DNA of 64,000 nucleotides from Takakia lepidozioides (Eukaryota; Plantae; Bryophyta), in assembly GCA_030704615.1 (NCBI GenBank), contig CM060734.1:54932001-54996000 (forward strand). The letters are read 5' to 3'. The notes under the pieces are model-generated. The model made no database searches. It was not told the DNA's origin and worked only from the letters and a program-made list of their open reading frames with translations. Below are positions 11,435 through 24,154 of the stretch, piece after piece; the first letter of the stretch is position 1; the number at the start of each line of letters is the position of its first letter. A program made the position numbers and the translations under genes.

Positions 11435-13374
11435 TTGGGAATGGGTAATGGTTGAAGAAGGCCGTAAGGTCAATGTCGTGGTCCCTTCGCTCTAGCACAC
11501 ATGTCGCAAGAGTTTATAAATTCTTTCACGAGTTTCCACATCTGCGACCACCAATAGTCCCTGGATATCAATCCCATTGTTTTGTTGAAGCTAAAATGTC
11601 TTGCAGTCGGAATATCATGACATGTTTGAAGAATTCGAAGTCGTGTAGGTCCTGGAGGTATATAGAGAAGTCATTTGAAATAAAGTAAGTCATCTTTGAA
11701 CTCGAAGTCGTTTGTAACATGTGGATTGTCTCGAGGTCGATTTAGTTGACTTCGTAGTATCGTAGCAAATTGGTCACTCTTCAGTGCTTCCTGAATCTCC
11801 TTTATGATCTCCGCATCGTCATAGGTGGACATGGATAGCATATTCAATTGGAGATTTGGTGGTTTCAAGATGATGGATTTCTGTTGGTCAAAAGCTGCAT
11901 CCCCTTCCTTTGGCGCAAGATACGATCGTCGAGAAAGAGCATCTGGTTTTCCTTGAAGATGTCCAGGACGGTAGGTAATAATAAAATCAAACCTTGCTAG
12001 TGACATACTTCATCTTGCTTGACGTCGATTCAAAACATGAGCACTCATAAAATACTCGAGGTTTTTGTGATCGGTATAGATAGTGACCTGATGTTGAGCT
12101 CCCTCCAATAGATGACGCCACTCTTCAAAAGCATCGATAATCGCTAGAAATTCTTTGTCATGGATTTCATAATTGATCTCCGTAGCGGAAAATTTGCGAG
12201 AACGAAAACCAACAGGGTGAAGTCGGCCATCTGTACCGTATTGAGATAGTACCGCGTCAAGTGCAAAGTCCGATGCATCTGCTTCCAAAAAGAATGGTTT
12301 AGATGGGTCTGCATGTACCAGTATTGGAGCCGTTGTAAATGCCTGCTGCAGCCTTTCAAATGTTTGGTCGGCCTTCTCGTCCCATACAAAGTTGTCCTTC
12401 CCTGTGAGTTGTGTCATTGGTGCAGCAATTTTGGAGTAGTCCTGGATGAAGATTCTATAGAAATTTGCAAATCCTAGAAAACATTGTACATCTCGGACCG
12501 AAGTTGGTTTAACCCACTCGATGATGGTTTGCATTTCCTTCTGATCCATAAAAACTCATTTGTCGGAAATAATGTAGCCCAAAAATTCGACTTCAGATTG
12601 GTGGAAAAGACATTTTTCCAACTTGGCATATAGTCATTTTTTCCCTCAATTTATCAAGGACAAGGCGTACATGGTGACCATTTCCGCAAATGTGTCTTCC
12701 ATCTTAACTAACTAAGGAACAAACTTTAGTCTCGCTAAACTGTCAAGGACGAGAACATGACTGAAGACAAACAAGATATAAGACTAGAGGTACAAGGCTA
12801 GACAAGAAGTCAAGGTCGGCGTGGCCGAATGCACGATGAGTAAATATGAATCAAGACGATCTTTATAACAATGAGTAAATATGAATCAAGACGATCTTTA
12901 TAACAATGAACAAGAGTACAAGATATTGGAACATGACTTGAATACTGGAATGCTGGAAACTGGACTGGAGTACCAGATACTGGAAACTGGGCTAGAACAC
13001 TGGGAACTGGAAACAAGAGTAGCTTGAACTGGTGTTGGCGAGACTGAAGAGTGTCCAGTCTCGCCTCCTATATATACTGGCTACTAAGAAGCTTCCCCTA
13101 TGGAGGTTTCTTGCTGGAGAAGTTTCCAAGATTAAACAAAGGTTTCTTGATGGAGAAGCTTCCTTAAACAAATGAGGTATCTTGATGGAGAAGCTTCCTC
13201 CAAATGAAGCTTCATGAGTAGTTTCCCAAGTTATTCTTGGTAATTTGGTAAACTCCCGGTAACTTGGTAAGTAATGGTAAATCGTGGTAGATCATGGTAA
13301 ATCTCGGTAAGTCATGGTAATTTCTGGTATGGTATTTACTCATGATAAGTTCTTTATGGGCTATGTCCGTGACA
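11435..13374 (-). mobile_element. Chromovirus copy C: internally deleted and truncated (5' LTR, PBS, RT 3' end, RNase H, IN zinc finger)
   Basis: LTR 12741-13374 (-); PBS 12728-12738; ORFs 12010-12549 (RNase H: [20 protein letters not shown]) and 11671-12006; 35-bp tandem duplication in the LTR at 12836-12905. Confidence 0.93.
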
Positions 13375-13767
13375 ACACCCTCGAGTTTTCTTATTTTTCC
13401 GCGCTTGATTGTATCTGTAGGCACAGCTTCATGTTGTGCAGAATGTGATCGTCCTCCTCCATACACAACCTAAATTTATGGATTTCAAATTTGAGATGTT
13501 GGCTTTCACTACAATGGTTTCCGCGACTTCTGCAGTGGCCACTAGCTTCAGCCACCACGTTTGATGATCGCATACGGCTACACACTCCAGTCGCAGCAAA
13601 AAAACGAGCCAGACAAATGGAATCACAAGCAATTGCAGTGTTTCAGGAACATGTTTTTATTTCAACAATCACTGTCAAAGTCAATTAGGTTCAAATTTTT
13701 GGGTCATTTTTTGGTCCGTGGTATATTAAACCCCGTTCTATTCATTGGTGGGATCAATTTGCACAGA

Positions 13768-14235
13768 CTGTAGCATATATCAGGGGACCTTGATTGTTTT
13801 GTTTGTTTCTACCTTGGTCATACCGTCTCAAAGTATTTGTGTGTTTCTCTTAATTAGAGCTTCTATGTTGTTGATAAGCCCCTCAGGTTTTACAGTGGCA
13901 GGCATCATATATCCAATCCTCAATCTTTACAAGACACTTTCTACAAACGTACTCATTAACATTCAAAGTCCGCCATAGTGCTGATGCCCAAATCCACCAT
14001 GCAGCCAAAATGCTCAATGGTAGGGGTGAGGCCATAAACAAGGCTCATGGAATCAGAGTAGTGGTGGTCTTCATCTACTCGACCCATATGACTAGTGCAT
14101 CCAAAATTTTGCATATATACAAGTGTGTTCCTGAGGAGGATATTTGGCACAATCTCAGCTATAATGACATGTTTGCCCTTTACAAGAGCTCCAACGTTGG
14201 CACGTGTACTGAGCCTGCAAATGAACGAGATGGAA
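13768..14235 (-). pseudogene. PLS-class PPR fragment within a ~300-bp block also present at about 32908-33203 and 38668-38970
   Basis: ORF 13956-14324 reads GALVKGKHV...NTLV...GRVDE...YGLTPTIEHFGCMVDLG; DNA identity among the three blocks. Confidence 0.75.
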
Positions 14236-14777
14236 TTCTTGGGTGATCGTAGTAATAACTCCCTCAAAGCTACATGTATAACTCTCAAAGACGACACATG
14301 AAATAATGAACCATCACAACCCAAAAATGGGCTTTCTTGCGATATTATGTAAATTTTGTGGTTTCTTAACCCCTAAGCGACGAAACCTGTTTTTTGGATT
14401 TTGGGACAAAACCAGGACCCACCCTCATACGTCAGCCTGTAGCTAGCTGCCTACCCCGGTTCGTCCACGTGGATAATCCATACAAAGTTATACCTACCTA
14501 CCAGATGCCCAAACACCCCAAATTTCGGGAGATTCCACCGTTTTGTTTGAGAGATTATAATAATTGAAAATAGTGTATTTTTTGGAAAATAATTTAAAAA
14601 AACCAAAACTTCATGTTTGACCAAGCAAAAAATCAATGTTGCAAAATTTTGCTGGGAGAAAAAATGCCATATTCTAGTGTAGTGCTGCATCCCAAACCCT
14701 CATACCAAATTTTAGGTGAGTCTGCCAAAAATTTTGGGAGGTGCTTTGTATGTGAAATCTCGGGGGTTAATTATCTG

Positions 14778-15207
14778 ACTTGTTGTTCAAGTTTCTGGAC
14801 GTTCAGGTACTCAAATGGGCATATGTTCTTGCCAATTGTGGTGTGCTATGGCTTGACATATTTCTAACAACTAGTGTGATCAAGTTCTGGTGGCCTACTG
14901 ATATCTGGGGTTGTGGTCTGGCCCCCAATAGATCAGCACTTATTGTTCAAGTTTCCGGACGTTCAACTACTTTGATGGGCCTATCTTCTTGCCAATTCCT
15001 CCATTTGTGGTGTGCTATGGCTTGGCACATTTCTAACAACTAGTGTGATAAATACATGGTGGCCTCCAGAGCTTTGGAGTTTTTTTTAAAGGGGTTGTGG
15101 TGTCCCCCAACAGATCTACACTTGTTGTTCAAGTTTTCGGACGTGTAGGTACTCAAATGAGTCTATCTTCTTGTCAACTGCTCCAGTTTGGGTGGGCTAT
15201 GGCTTGG
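14778..15207 (+). repeat. Tandem repeat of about 160-180 bp, ~2.5 copies
   Basis: ACTTGTTGTTCAAGTTT..GGACG unit starts at 14778, 14938 and 15120. Confidence 0.85.
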
Positions 15208-16140
15208 TTATTATTGATGGGAGCGATGCACTAATCGGGATGACTGATATGCACATCTTCAAGTTCTATGTGGATTGTGACTGTTGGCTTGTAATGAAGT
15301 ATAAGAAATGTGTAACCAACGCTGACTGGCTTCCGAAGTAGGGTGCTTTCAAAATGTGGAAGGTTGGTGAGGACGGAAGGTAGACTCCCCTGCTATCCCA
15401 GGGGTGCTGGAACTTGTTCCACTGCAGTCTATTTGGGGAATAAAGCCAGATGTCAGGGAGAAAAATGCCAGTATTGTAAATGACCTTTCGAAGTACCGCG
15501 AATTCTGGTGACTTGGAATGGATCTCAACATGAACTACGGAAATATCATGAAGAATTATGATGAGTATTGGAAGGATGTTCTACTTTGCTTGTGCCAAAT
15601 GACAAGCTAGATGAGGGGTATTGGCCTTCGACTCGCTGGAAAGATAACCATGACAAAAATGGGATTAGGGTTGAATATCAGAGTGAGGAAGAGTCAGAGG
15701 ATGAAGATTGCAACCAGCTGGATCCATATTGTGGGCCAAAGAGTCAGAGACCTAAAGAGCTGATGAACCCATTCAAAGATATTGAAATTGAAAACTTCGT
15801 ACTTGTTCAACAATCAGACACAGAGACATATTCAGTTTGGATGGGTGTGGCAATCTCAGATGTTGTTCATGACCGTTCAAATGAGAAATATCGGCAAATC
15901 CTTCTAGAGTGGTGGAGACCTAAATGTGATGCAGCGGAGGACGTAGAGGTATAGAAACTGTTGGGACAAAGTTTGGGAGTTCAATGAATCTGATCCACCA
16001 AAATGGATACATACGAACAGTATGGTGTTGACAATGCGTCCTCGGAAGAACACCTCTAAGTGGAGCTCTAGACGTATTGGAAAGGCGGAAGCAATTAAAG
16101 CGAAAGCAAATCTGTATGTTGCAAACGATCAAAGTGAATA
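15208..16140 (+). pseudogene. Decayed coding remnant, probably the C-terminal part of a transposase-like protein
   Basis: Protein-like frames LIGMTDMHIFKFYVD...MKYK...DWLP and NPFKDIEIENFVLV...VWMG...EWWRP / YRNCWDKVW broken by stops and frameshifts. Confidence 0.5.
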
Positions 16141-16402
16141 TGATTAAGCACAGTGTAGAAAGGTGCACGGGAGATCTCTCGTGCTAATTTGACAACAATA
16201 TGTGTTAATGTTGATTTGATTGGTGATTGCCAGGTTTTTTGGGAGCTCCTTTGATAATCAGAAGTTGACGTTGAATTCTCTATGTCGACCATTTCAACCT
16301 TTCAATTTCTTAACATCTATATCTCTAGCGATTTGAACCCTGACTGCCGGCATCTCAATTAAGTTTAGTTCTGGTTGATTGTATTTTCCTTTACGCATAT
16401 AG

Positions 16403-17376
16403 TACGGGAGATCTCCCGTGCTACAGAGACTTGACTATTGCAGACTGACATCATTAATATTCTCATTCACCATAGCGCTCATTGAAGGATATAGTTACAA
16501 GTCCCAATTTGGTTCATTTTCTTAAGATGATAAGGATTTGTCGGGGTCCAAAAATTGTATTTTCTTCCCTAGTGGAATGTCGGTTTAAATCTTGATTTCA
16601 ACGGTGGCTCCTTCTGAATCTGACGTTGTAAATTGTATCCTCGCGATGTTGTTATTGATTTCAAATGTAACACGGGAGGTCTCACGTGGTATGTCTCATT
16701 GTTTTTTAAATATTACTTACTGGATTCTTATTTGGTTTGCGGACAAATAACTTTTGTTCTAAACTATAAAAAAATTGAATTTTTGAATGACTAGTGGATG
16801 TGAATGGTTCTACATTTTACTTTGTTTCTGTTTGACGGATCCACGCATTTCGTATGTCGGACGGGATATCTCCCGTGGTGGTTGATGGTTTTCTCCCTTA
16901 CACATAGTGCTTGGGATATGTCCCATGCTACAGTGACTTGACTATTTCTGAGCATGATTATTATATTTTTCTTAGAGCTCATTGAAGAATATAATAAGGA
17001 TTCGCAAATGTTTTGTTTTCTGAAGATGATGAGGATTTTGTCGGGTCCAAAAACTTTATATCTTCCCTAGCGGAATGTTGTTCACTATTCCGATTTCAAC
17101 GGTGGCACCTTATGACGCCAACGTTCTAAATGAATTTTCACGATTGTGCTACTGATTTCAGTTGTAGCACAGGAGGTCTCCCCTATTATGTCTCAACGTC
17201 TGTTTGACATTTACTTACTGGATTTTTATTTGTATTTAGAGGGTGACAAATAACTGTTGTTTTATCGGACAGTTTTAATTTCTGAATAACTAGTTCATGT
17301 GAATGTTTCTAGATCTTACTTTCTTTTAATTTGACGGCTCGATGCTTTTTGTATGGAGCACAAGAGATCTCCCCTG
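16403..17376 (+). repeat. ~500-bp tandem duplication carrying CACGGGAGATCTCCCGTG-like palindromes
   Basis: Motif pairs 16403/16910, 16671/17168 and 16860/17359, with similar intervening sequence. Confidence 0.8.
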
Positions 17377-19503
17377 GTGGGGGGGGGGGGTCTGAGAGCA
17401 CCGGCAGCAAGCTGACATTGTACTTGAAATTGTATTTGACTTTGTATCTGATCTTGTATTTGACGGTTCAATGCATTTCGTATGTTATTTCATGTCCGAG
17501 AGAGAGAGAGAGAGAAGACTCCGGCCGAGGCTGGCGTAACTAAGAGCCACTTCGCCTTGTGGCTACCTCCCATTTCGGGGGTGGGCCCTATAAGTTCATG
17601 TCCTCAATGTAACAAAGATTTTTCTACCCGTAAGTTTCAATAATTCAAAAATATTATATCAATGTTTATACCAATAATTTCGAGGCACGACCCATTGTGG
17701 TTTTAAAGCTCTTACTTTGTTTCTTATATGATGTTGACATGCATTTGTTAGGTTTTCACGGGAAAGCTCCTCCCATCTTCTCTCCCCTAAACCATCATGT
17801 AGTAATCGAATGATTCGTTTCGCGTAAGTTGCGAGAAACTACCTATCAAGTGCACCGGAGATCTCCCCTCCGTGACTCATGAGTGATCTCCTCAAATTCA
17901 AGATAGGTGTCTTGCTATTGTCATTCATTTTGCAAAGGACGATGCTACTTTTCGGACCAATCCCGGAAAATCCAAAATTGTATTAACAATGCATAATATA
18001 CTATATAGTATGTTGATATTAAAATATACTATAGATTGTTAATACATGATATGAATATATTATTATTTCCATATTTATTAATTATTTAAAATTATTTATC
18101 AGATGTCCAGATTTCATCCTTTTGTCCACATTTACTTAAAATTGAGTTATGATTTGTTTTGTCATACAAATTTTGAGGACGACATGCACCATCAATTTCA
18201 GTATTGGCCCAAGATCAAACTTTATAATCTCATAGATCCAATGGTTAATTCTATTTTTTATTTTTGCACTAGATTAACAAGGAAGGTGGGCATCCAATCC
18301 TATGGTTGATAGGCATGATTCGTCCCAAATATGGAGAAATGGTTCCAAATGTGCAACCTTTGTACACAATTGGGATGGGGTAGGTGAGCCACATTTGCTA
18401 ATAGTAGAAAGCCATGCCCAACTATGGCACAACCGACCAAACTCTCATACTACCTCTCGATAAACTTTTCTAAATCAGAAATAGCCAAAATACAATTTTT
18501 TTGCTAAATCCCTCTATTCAGAATAGATAGCGAAGCCTGTCTGTGCGCCATGAAGCGCCCAACTTCTTTCCAACGGTCAGTGGAGTCCAACTTTGCTCAT
18601 ACACATGCACTATGGCGGGTCCATAAGCACATCAAGAGAGACATATTTGTGCATAACTTCAAGCTGCACACAACCTAATTTGTGGGGCCCAATTAGATCT
18701 AAGGATCCTAGAGCAAATTGAATGACATATGACATGTTGAGGCCCAAAATGGGTGGCGTGGTCCTTTAGGGGTTAAGCAGTGTGTCCTCTATTTGTTGAG
18801 TAGTATTCTATACATAAGGACATGTTTTTTCCAAGAATTAAAGTGGTAGTGATGCCAACTTTCATTTGGATGACTACTAGCATTGTCTGCAATTTTTTTC
18901 AAGGGTTTTAACTAGACTTCATCAAATGGAATGAACTAGCTTCCAACTGATCGCTACAAGCATTATTTGAAAACATTGGACCAACAGACAAAACAACAGA
19001 ATTAAGAGGTATTGGGGAATGTTTGCGCGCAAGCCTGTGAGCGCCTGAGCCCAGCTAGGCTCACGCCACGTCAACAAGGTTTACCACGTGCAGTACCTAA
19101 TTCTGCGGATGCCATCTATTTCCGCGGAATTGTCGGCGACTACCACACCCCAGATTTGCCAACTTTATTTTCCGAGAAGTCTCCTCCCTCATCCAAATCT
19201 TGGTAAATCACGGGTGGTTAGGGGATGGTTTTTGTCCACGAGCACCAGATATTTCAAAGAGTACAATGTCATGTTGCGTAATGAACATGAAGGAGAATGA
19301 GTTTGTTTTAACGAAGTTCCTTCCCCTCAATTCACATCCACTTTTCATTGATAGACGTTCTCCAAACAAACACCAGTAAATCCCTAAAGCGTCTTTGCGG
19401 TTTATGAAAAAACATGGTGCAGAACAGGTTGGCAAGACTTGTAGTACAAGACATGAAACGAAGAATAGGGCCAGTAACCATAGAAAATGCAAAAAACAGT
19501 CCT

Positions 19504-19783
19504 AAAAAAAGGATGCTTTCATTTCTCAAATCAAGGTTGCGTCAACGTAAGGTTGATTTGCATCACCCTACCCTAAGGGAAAAACAAAACAAAAAAAAAC
19601 AAAAAAAAAACAAATCTTCAAAAAATGATGCTTTTATTTCTCAAATCAATGTTGCGTCAACGCAAGGTTGATTTGCATCACCCCCGGGGGTTTTAAAAAT
19701 AAAAATAAAAAACCCTTAAAAAAAGGATGCTTTCATTTCTCAAATCAAGGTTGCGTCAACGCAAGGTTGATTTGCATCACCCC
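19504..19783. repeat. Three tandem hairpin units separated by A-rich linkers
   Basis: GATGCTTT..TTTCTCAAATCAAGGTTGCGTCAACGCAAGGTTGATTTGCATCACCC three times. Confidence 0.9.
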
Positions 19784-20427
19784 AAGAGAGAAAAAAATAA
19801 AATAAAATAAAATGAAAAAGACAGTCGTATGTCTGTCGGTGTATGTCACGTCATCAATCGTGTTGTGCGTGTGTCTACAATTTGTTGCATTCGTTCATCA
19901 AATTCATTGTCATTTCCGAACACACTCTAATGAACATTATCAGCAATCACCCTCGTGTTAATACAATGTTGATCTCTGCGGACGTCCTAAACCCTTAACC
20001 AATTTCACCTTCAGATGGTGAAATCCCACTCCACGGTTATAGGCCCTCCATCTTTGTGGTGGGGTGGCACGACCTTGGGTGGGCTCACGCCACATCAGCA
20101 TCTGCGCCACGTCAGCGCTGTGAGTGTAAGCTCACGCCACATCACCATTGTGTGAGCATACGCTCACACGCCATGCTCACGCGGTAGCGTCGTTGCACAA
20201 AGTATGTAGAACATAAAACTTCCAATTGCAACAACAAAACATCCAAAAAATGGCATGTGAATCATGATCCCACTAAAAATGGAACAAGGTGGAATACATC
20301 TACAACATGATGCTATCAATAGTGATGGAGCTCAACAGACTCAAGCTAGCAAACGTTGGCATCTAGATGACCGGCATGGTGATTGCCTTGCAAACTGAAT
20401 TACGTCCAATAGCGTTTATATTTTGAC

Positions 20428-21035
20428 AGAGTCAGATGCAGACAGCTTGTTGGCATATCAAGATCAGCTTTAAAAATATTTCTTTCTGTGCCGTATTTTC
20501 CTAGCATCACTTCCCCGAATTTCTTCTTTTGATCACTCACATATATCAGTCATGAATGCAGACGTCTGTGGTGCTCCTGGCTGTGAGGTTCTTGCTCTCA
20601 GTTGTTATGATCGGTACGTTCCTCATGGGCTTCACCAAACATTTGAAGTCAGATTGGGGGGGCTAATTCGCAAGCGCAAGACTTGTTCGGGAAGATGCAG
20701 AGCTTTCCGGGGGCCATGTGGCTTGGCTCGGTTGTTTTGTGACGCTCATCGTCGCAGAGCTTGCATGGCTACCCTTCAAGCCACGATAGGCGAGAGAGAC
20801 GACCCCATGGATGAAACTGGATGAATGAGAGGTACCCTGACGGACGCACTGATGGATGATATGTTTAGGAAATCAATTATTTCTGATTTAAAAGTTTCTC
20901 ACGGCCCCTAAGTGAATGAAATTGAATGAATAGAAAGGATGAATAGATAATATTCACGATATTCATCCTCCCACATCCACTAATCAGACCAGACGGTTGC
21001 TCAACTGTCATCCCTTTGTCCTCTTGGTCTTCCTC
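20428..21035 (+). repeat. ~600-bp inverted duplicate of 44100-44716, with a frameshifted copy of a 77-aa ORF
   Basis: Reverse-complement identity throughout; G7 versus G6 run at about 20656. Confidence 0.9.
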
Positions 21036-21862
21036 GTCTTCGTGACAAGCCTCGCAGGGAGGGCGCGCTTCCCTACCGCGTTCAATCCTGCCCCCATGCC
21101 CCGCAAGCTCTGCTTATGTCACATCAACATATGAGGCCTCACTGTAAGAAAGAATCGTGGAAATGGATTGGAGGATGGGGTTTTGCGCAACATGAATTCA
21201 GTGGGCTCTTCCTGGAACATTATCGACTCTGCGCATGATACTGATGGTACCCAATCTAACTCACCCCTTCGTCAGATGATTCGAAAATGAAGCCAGTGCA
21301 GTCTTCAACAGGTATTGGATCATCATCGCCACTGCACCATGTCAAAGCCCTCGAGTGTGTACAGTAATGCAGCAGCACATGTTGATGAAAGCGGGATGAG
21401 TGTACTACGTTTGTATTGTACCCACAACCCTGTGTCCAATATGGCAGATCCCAATCAGAGAATCACACTGTAGGGCACATCAGTACATCAGTACAATACA
21501 TGCCCTTCGTTTTGGGGAGCCCTTACACATTATTTGGGATGTTTCCACTTGTAGGATGCCCCTCGGCAGAAAATGGAGTTTGCTTTGTTATTTTTATCTG
21601 GCCATCAGGGATTCTTTTGCTCAAAGCAACAGCTGCTTCTTTTATTACTTGTTTCCATGTCCTTGAGATTTTGTTGGAACTTGGCACTTCTTTCTTGGAA
21701 GAGAAAGAAGCAATGAAACCATGTTCTTCACTTCTTTCTGGATCTGATGCATTCTCAACAGATCCCAAGTAGACTGTCACAAAAACCATGCGTGTCCATT
21801 GTCATATTAAATTATACTCCTTTAGAATAATCCCGCGACACAATAAACTGCACTTGGGTCAG

Positions 21863-24154
21863 TCACTGTCTGGAATGTTCAGCAAACTTGGCTAAAGACC
21901 GAAGTTCTTCTACAAAAGAAGCCAAGTTCTTGTTGGAAGAGCCGCCGGGCGCTACAGCATTTCGTGCTATAACACTCAGATCCTTCACATTTTTCCTCAA
22001 CATCTCTCCCCTCTCATCTCCCATCAGAAGCCTCGCGGCCCTCTCTACCTCCTCTTTGCCAACCACTCCATCAGATCCCTCGAGCACCCCAACAGCAACT
22101 TTTATTACATCGACCACAAGCATTTTGTTCATGTGTTGCTCAGCTTCGATCAGCCAAGCTATCATGGGCACGGCCATGCAAATGCTCTCCACTGTGGAAT
22201 TCCACCCACAGTGGGTCAGGAAACCTCCAACTGCGGGATGGGCAAGGATCTGCAACTGTGGTGCCCACACACAGAACACTATTCCCTGCTTCTTAGTCCT
22301 CTCCATGAAACTTTCAGGGAGGAAGGCAGAGATGTGGGGCACTGGGTCAACTTCACTACCTTGTGGAACTCTGAGTACCCAAAGGAAATTCTGCCCACTC
22401 ATCTCAAGCCCGAGAGCAAGTTCATGAATCTGTGTGGCAGAGAGAGAAGCTATGCTTCCAAAGGAGATATACAGAACGGATGAGGTTGGCTGTGTGTTCA
22501 ACCAGTCTATGCACTCATGCTTGTCTGAACTCACTTGCGGTTGGTTGTTCAACCTGTTTTCCTTGGTGCCACCAAGTACTGTGGGTCCCACAGTAAAGAC
22601 CCTAGGCACCTGCAAACAACAGTCCAATTTCATGTAAATAATATCCAGTATGTATAAAGCTTTCATAATCGCTGGAGCTGTAAGGATGCAACTAACATGT
22701 TGTCACGAATTGACATACCATTTTGCTTCCAGCTTCCATGATTCAACAAGGTCACAAAGATACCCTTCACTTCAGCTATTCAAATCGCTGGACCCAAGGT
22801 CTAAATAGCTGAGAGCTTGTCATCAAATCTTTACTGAACTAAGCTAAGATTTAGTATTCTAGTCAGTGGAGCAGATGCATAATTCTTCTTTGGCTTAATC
22901 CAAAGGTGACCGACGTGCTCTCTCACCTTGCAATATCTTCTCTCTCGCACATCTCTCTCTTGAGTCTGTCACATTGTTGGTCACTAACCCCTTGAATTTT
23001 TCTCTCCATGGTCGCTCTTCGCTTTGCAGAAGTCAAGTGTGAGGGTATCCTAGTCTAAGTCAGTTCCAACTCTGCCATGTAACATTCCTGTACAAAGTCG
23101 AAATACTGACCTTACTCATCTTCGAGCCACTACAAAGTACATCTCGAAGCCCTTCCATAACGGCAGATTCCAGTTCATAAACACCATCCACAAGCACCCC
23201 AGCAGCTACCCACAACCTGTTCGCAGCAACAATGCGTGTGACATTTTGTGAGCGCATGGGTCGAGGCATGTCGTGAGGTTTGATGGGAGGAAACCCCGGG
23301 ATGACATATGGAGCCTGGTCATCTGCCACAGGAATCTGACCTTGTGCAATGAAAGAGCGCAAGTGGTATAGCAGGGAAATAAAATGTGGTGAATTTTCCA
23401 GACAATATCTTGGAATTGAATACTTGGTAGCTGTAACCTGCCATTCAAGTTGCGTCACTCGTGAGGTGTAAGCTTATGGAAATAGTCAAATACTATCTAG
23501 CAGAAATTTTGTACATCTTTTTCAGGCTAGCTCACTAGATCACCAGCATGCTTTTGGTGAGTGAATGGAAGGCCTCAATGATCCCACTTTAATATGGTAA
23601 TCTTCGCAACTCAAGCTTAGTCATTATAATACAGAGTGGCATGTACAAGATTTCTAGATTGTTGTAACCAGTGTCAAACATAAATGGACAGGCGGAACTT
23701 ACAAATGAAACACTGAATCAAAGCTCTCTTGTACTGCAATGCAATCATACCTGAGTCCAATCCATGAACATGTCGGAGATGATGCATACAGGAGGACTCA
23801 CGAGGGTAGCGGGTTCATCAGTGAACTTAAGAGTTCTTCAAAGGATCCTTTTATGATGGGTGATGCAAATGCCCTCCTCAGGTCTTGAATGCTTGAACTG
23901 TTTACAGCTGCATATTCCGCGGACAGCTCAAGAGCTACCACATGCAAATTGTGGCTGAATCCAAATCCCTTGTCATCAGTCAGTGCTCGTTTCACGCTGG
24001 AGAGATGTGGGGTCGTGGTCACAAAGGTGACAGTGACGCCATAGCTAGCCAAGATCTTCGATAATTGCACGCATCGGTTCACGTGGCTCGCCGCTGGAAA
24101 GGGGAAGGTAACCACATGGGGTACTGGAAGGAGTTTAGATGCCTCAATCACCAT
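21863..24154 (-). pseudogene. Family-1 UDP-glycosyltransferase, 3 exons (24154-23751, 23437-23111, 22609-21863), with a 1-nt frameshift in exon 1
   Basis: PHVVTFPFPAASHVN N-terminus, PVCIISDMFMDWT, VLYISFGS, PSPG box WAPQLQILAHPAVGGFLTHCGWNS...EAEQ; GT-AG introns; exon 1 is 404 nt with TGA at 23798. Confidence 0.88.

Larger units (their letters stand above)
14370..18772. mobile_element. TIR DNA transposon with TTAA target duplication and CCCCTAA termini (piggyBac-like end structure), non-autonomous
   Basis: TTAA|CCCCTAAGCGAC at 14366-14381 and GTCCTTTAGGGG|TTAA at 18761-18776 (TIR 10/12); ends resemble those of 41028-43907. Confidence 0.7.

Noticed and set aside
19504-19783. CRISPR-like repeat-spacer appearance (also the 16166-17870 palindromes)
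   Set aside because: Eukaryotic context, no cas genes, spacers are low-complexity or irregular in length
21888-22483. Antisense ORFs over UGT, PPR, trihelix and FPGS exons
   Set aside because: Shadow frames of real coding sequence with no independent motifs
23795-23802. GTGAGT as a splice donor rescuing the UGT frameshift
   Set aside because: It would remove the conserved CIISD motif and gives the wrong phase for exon 2
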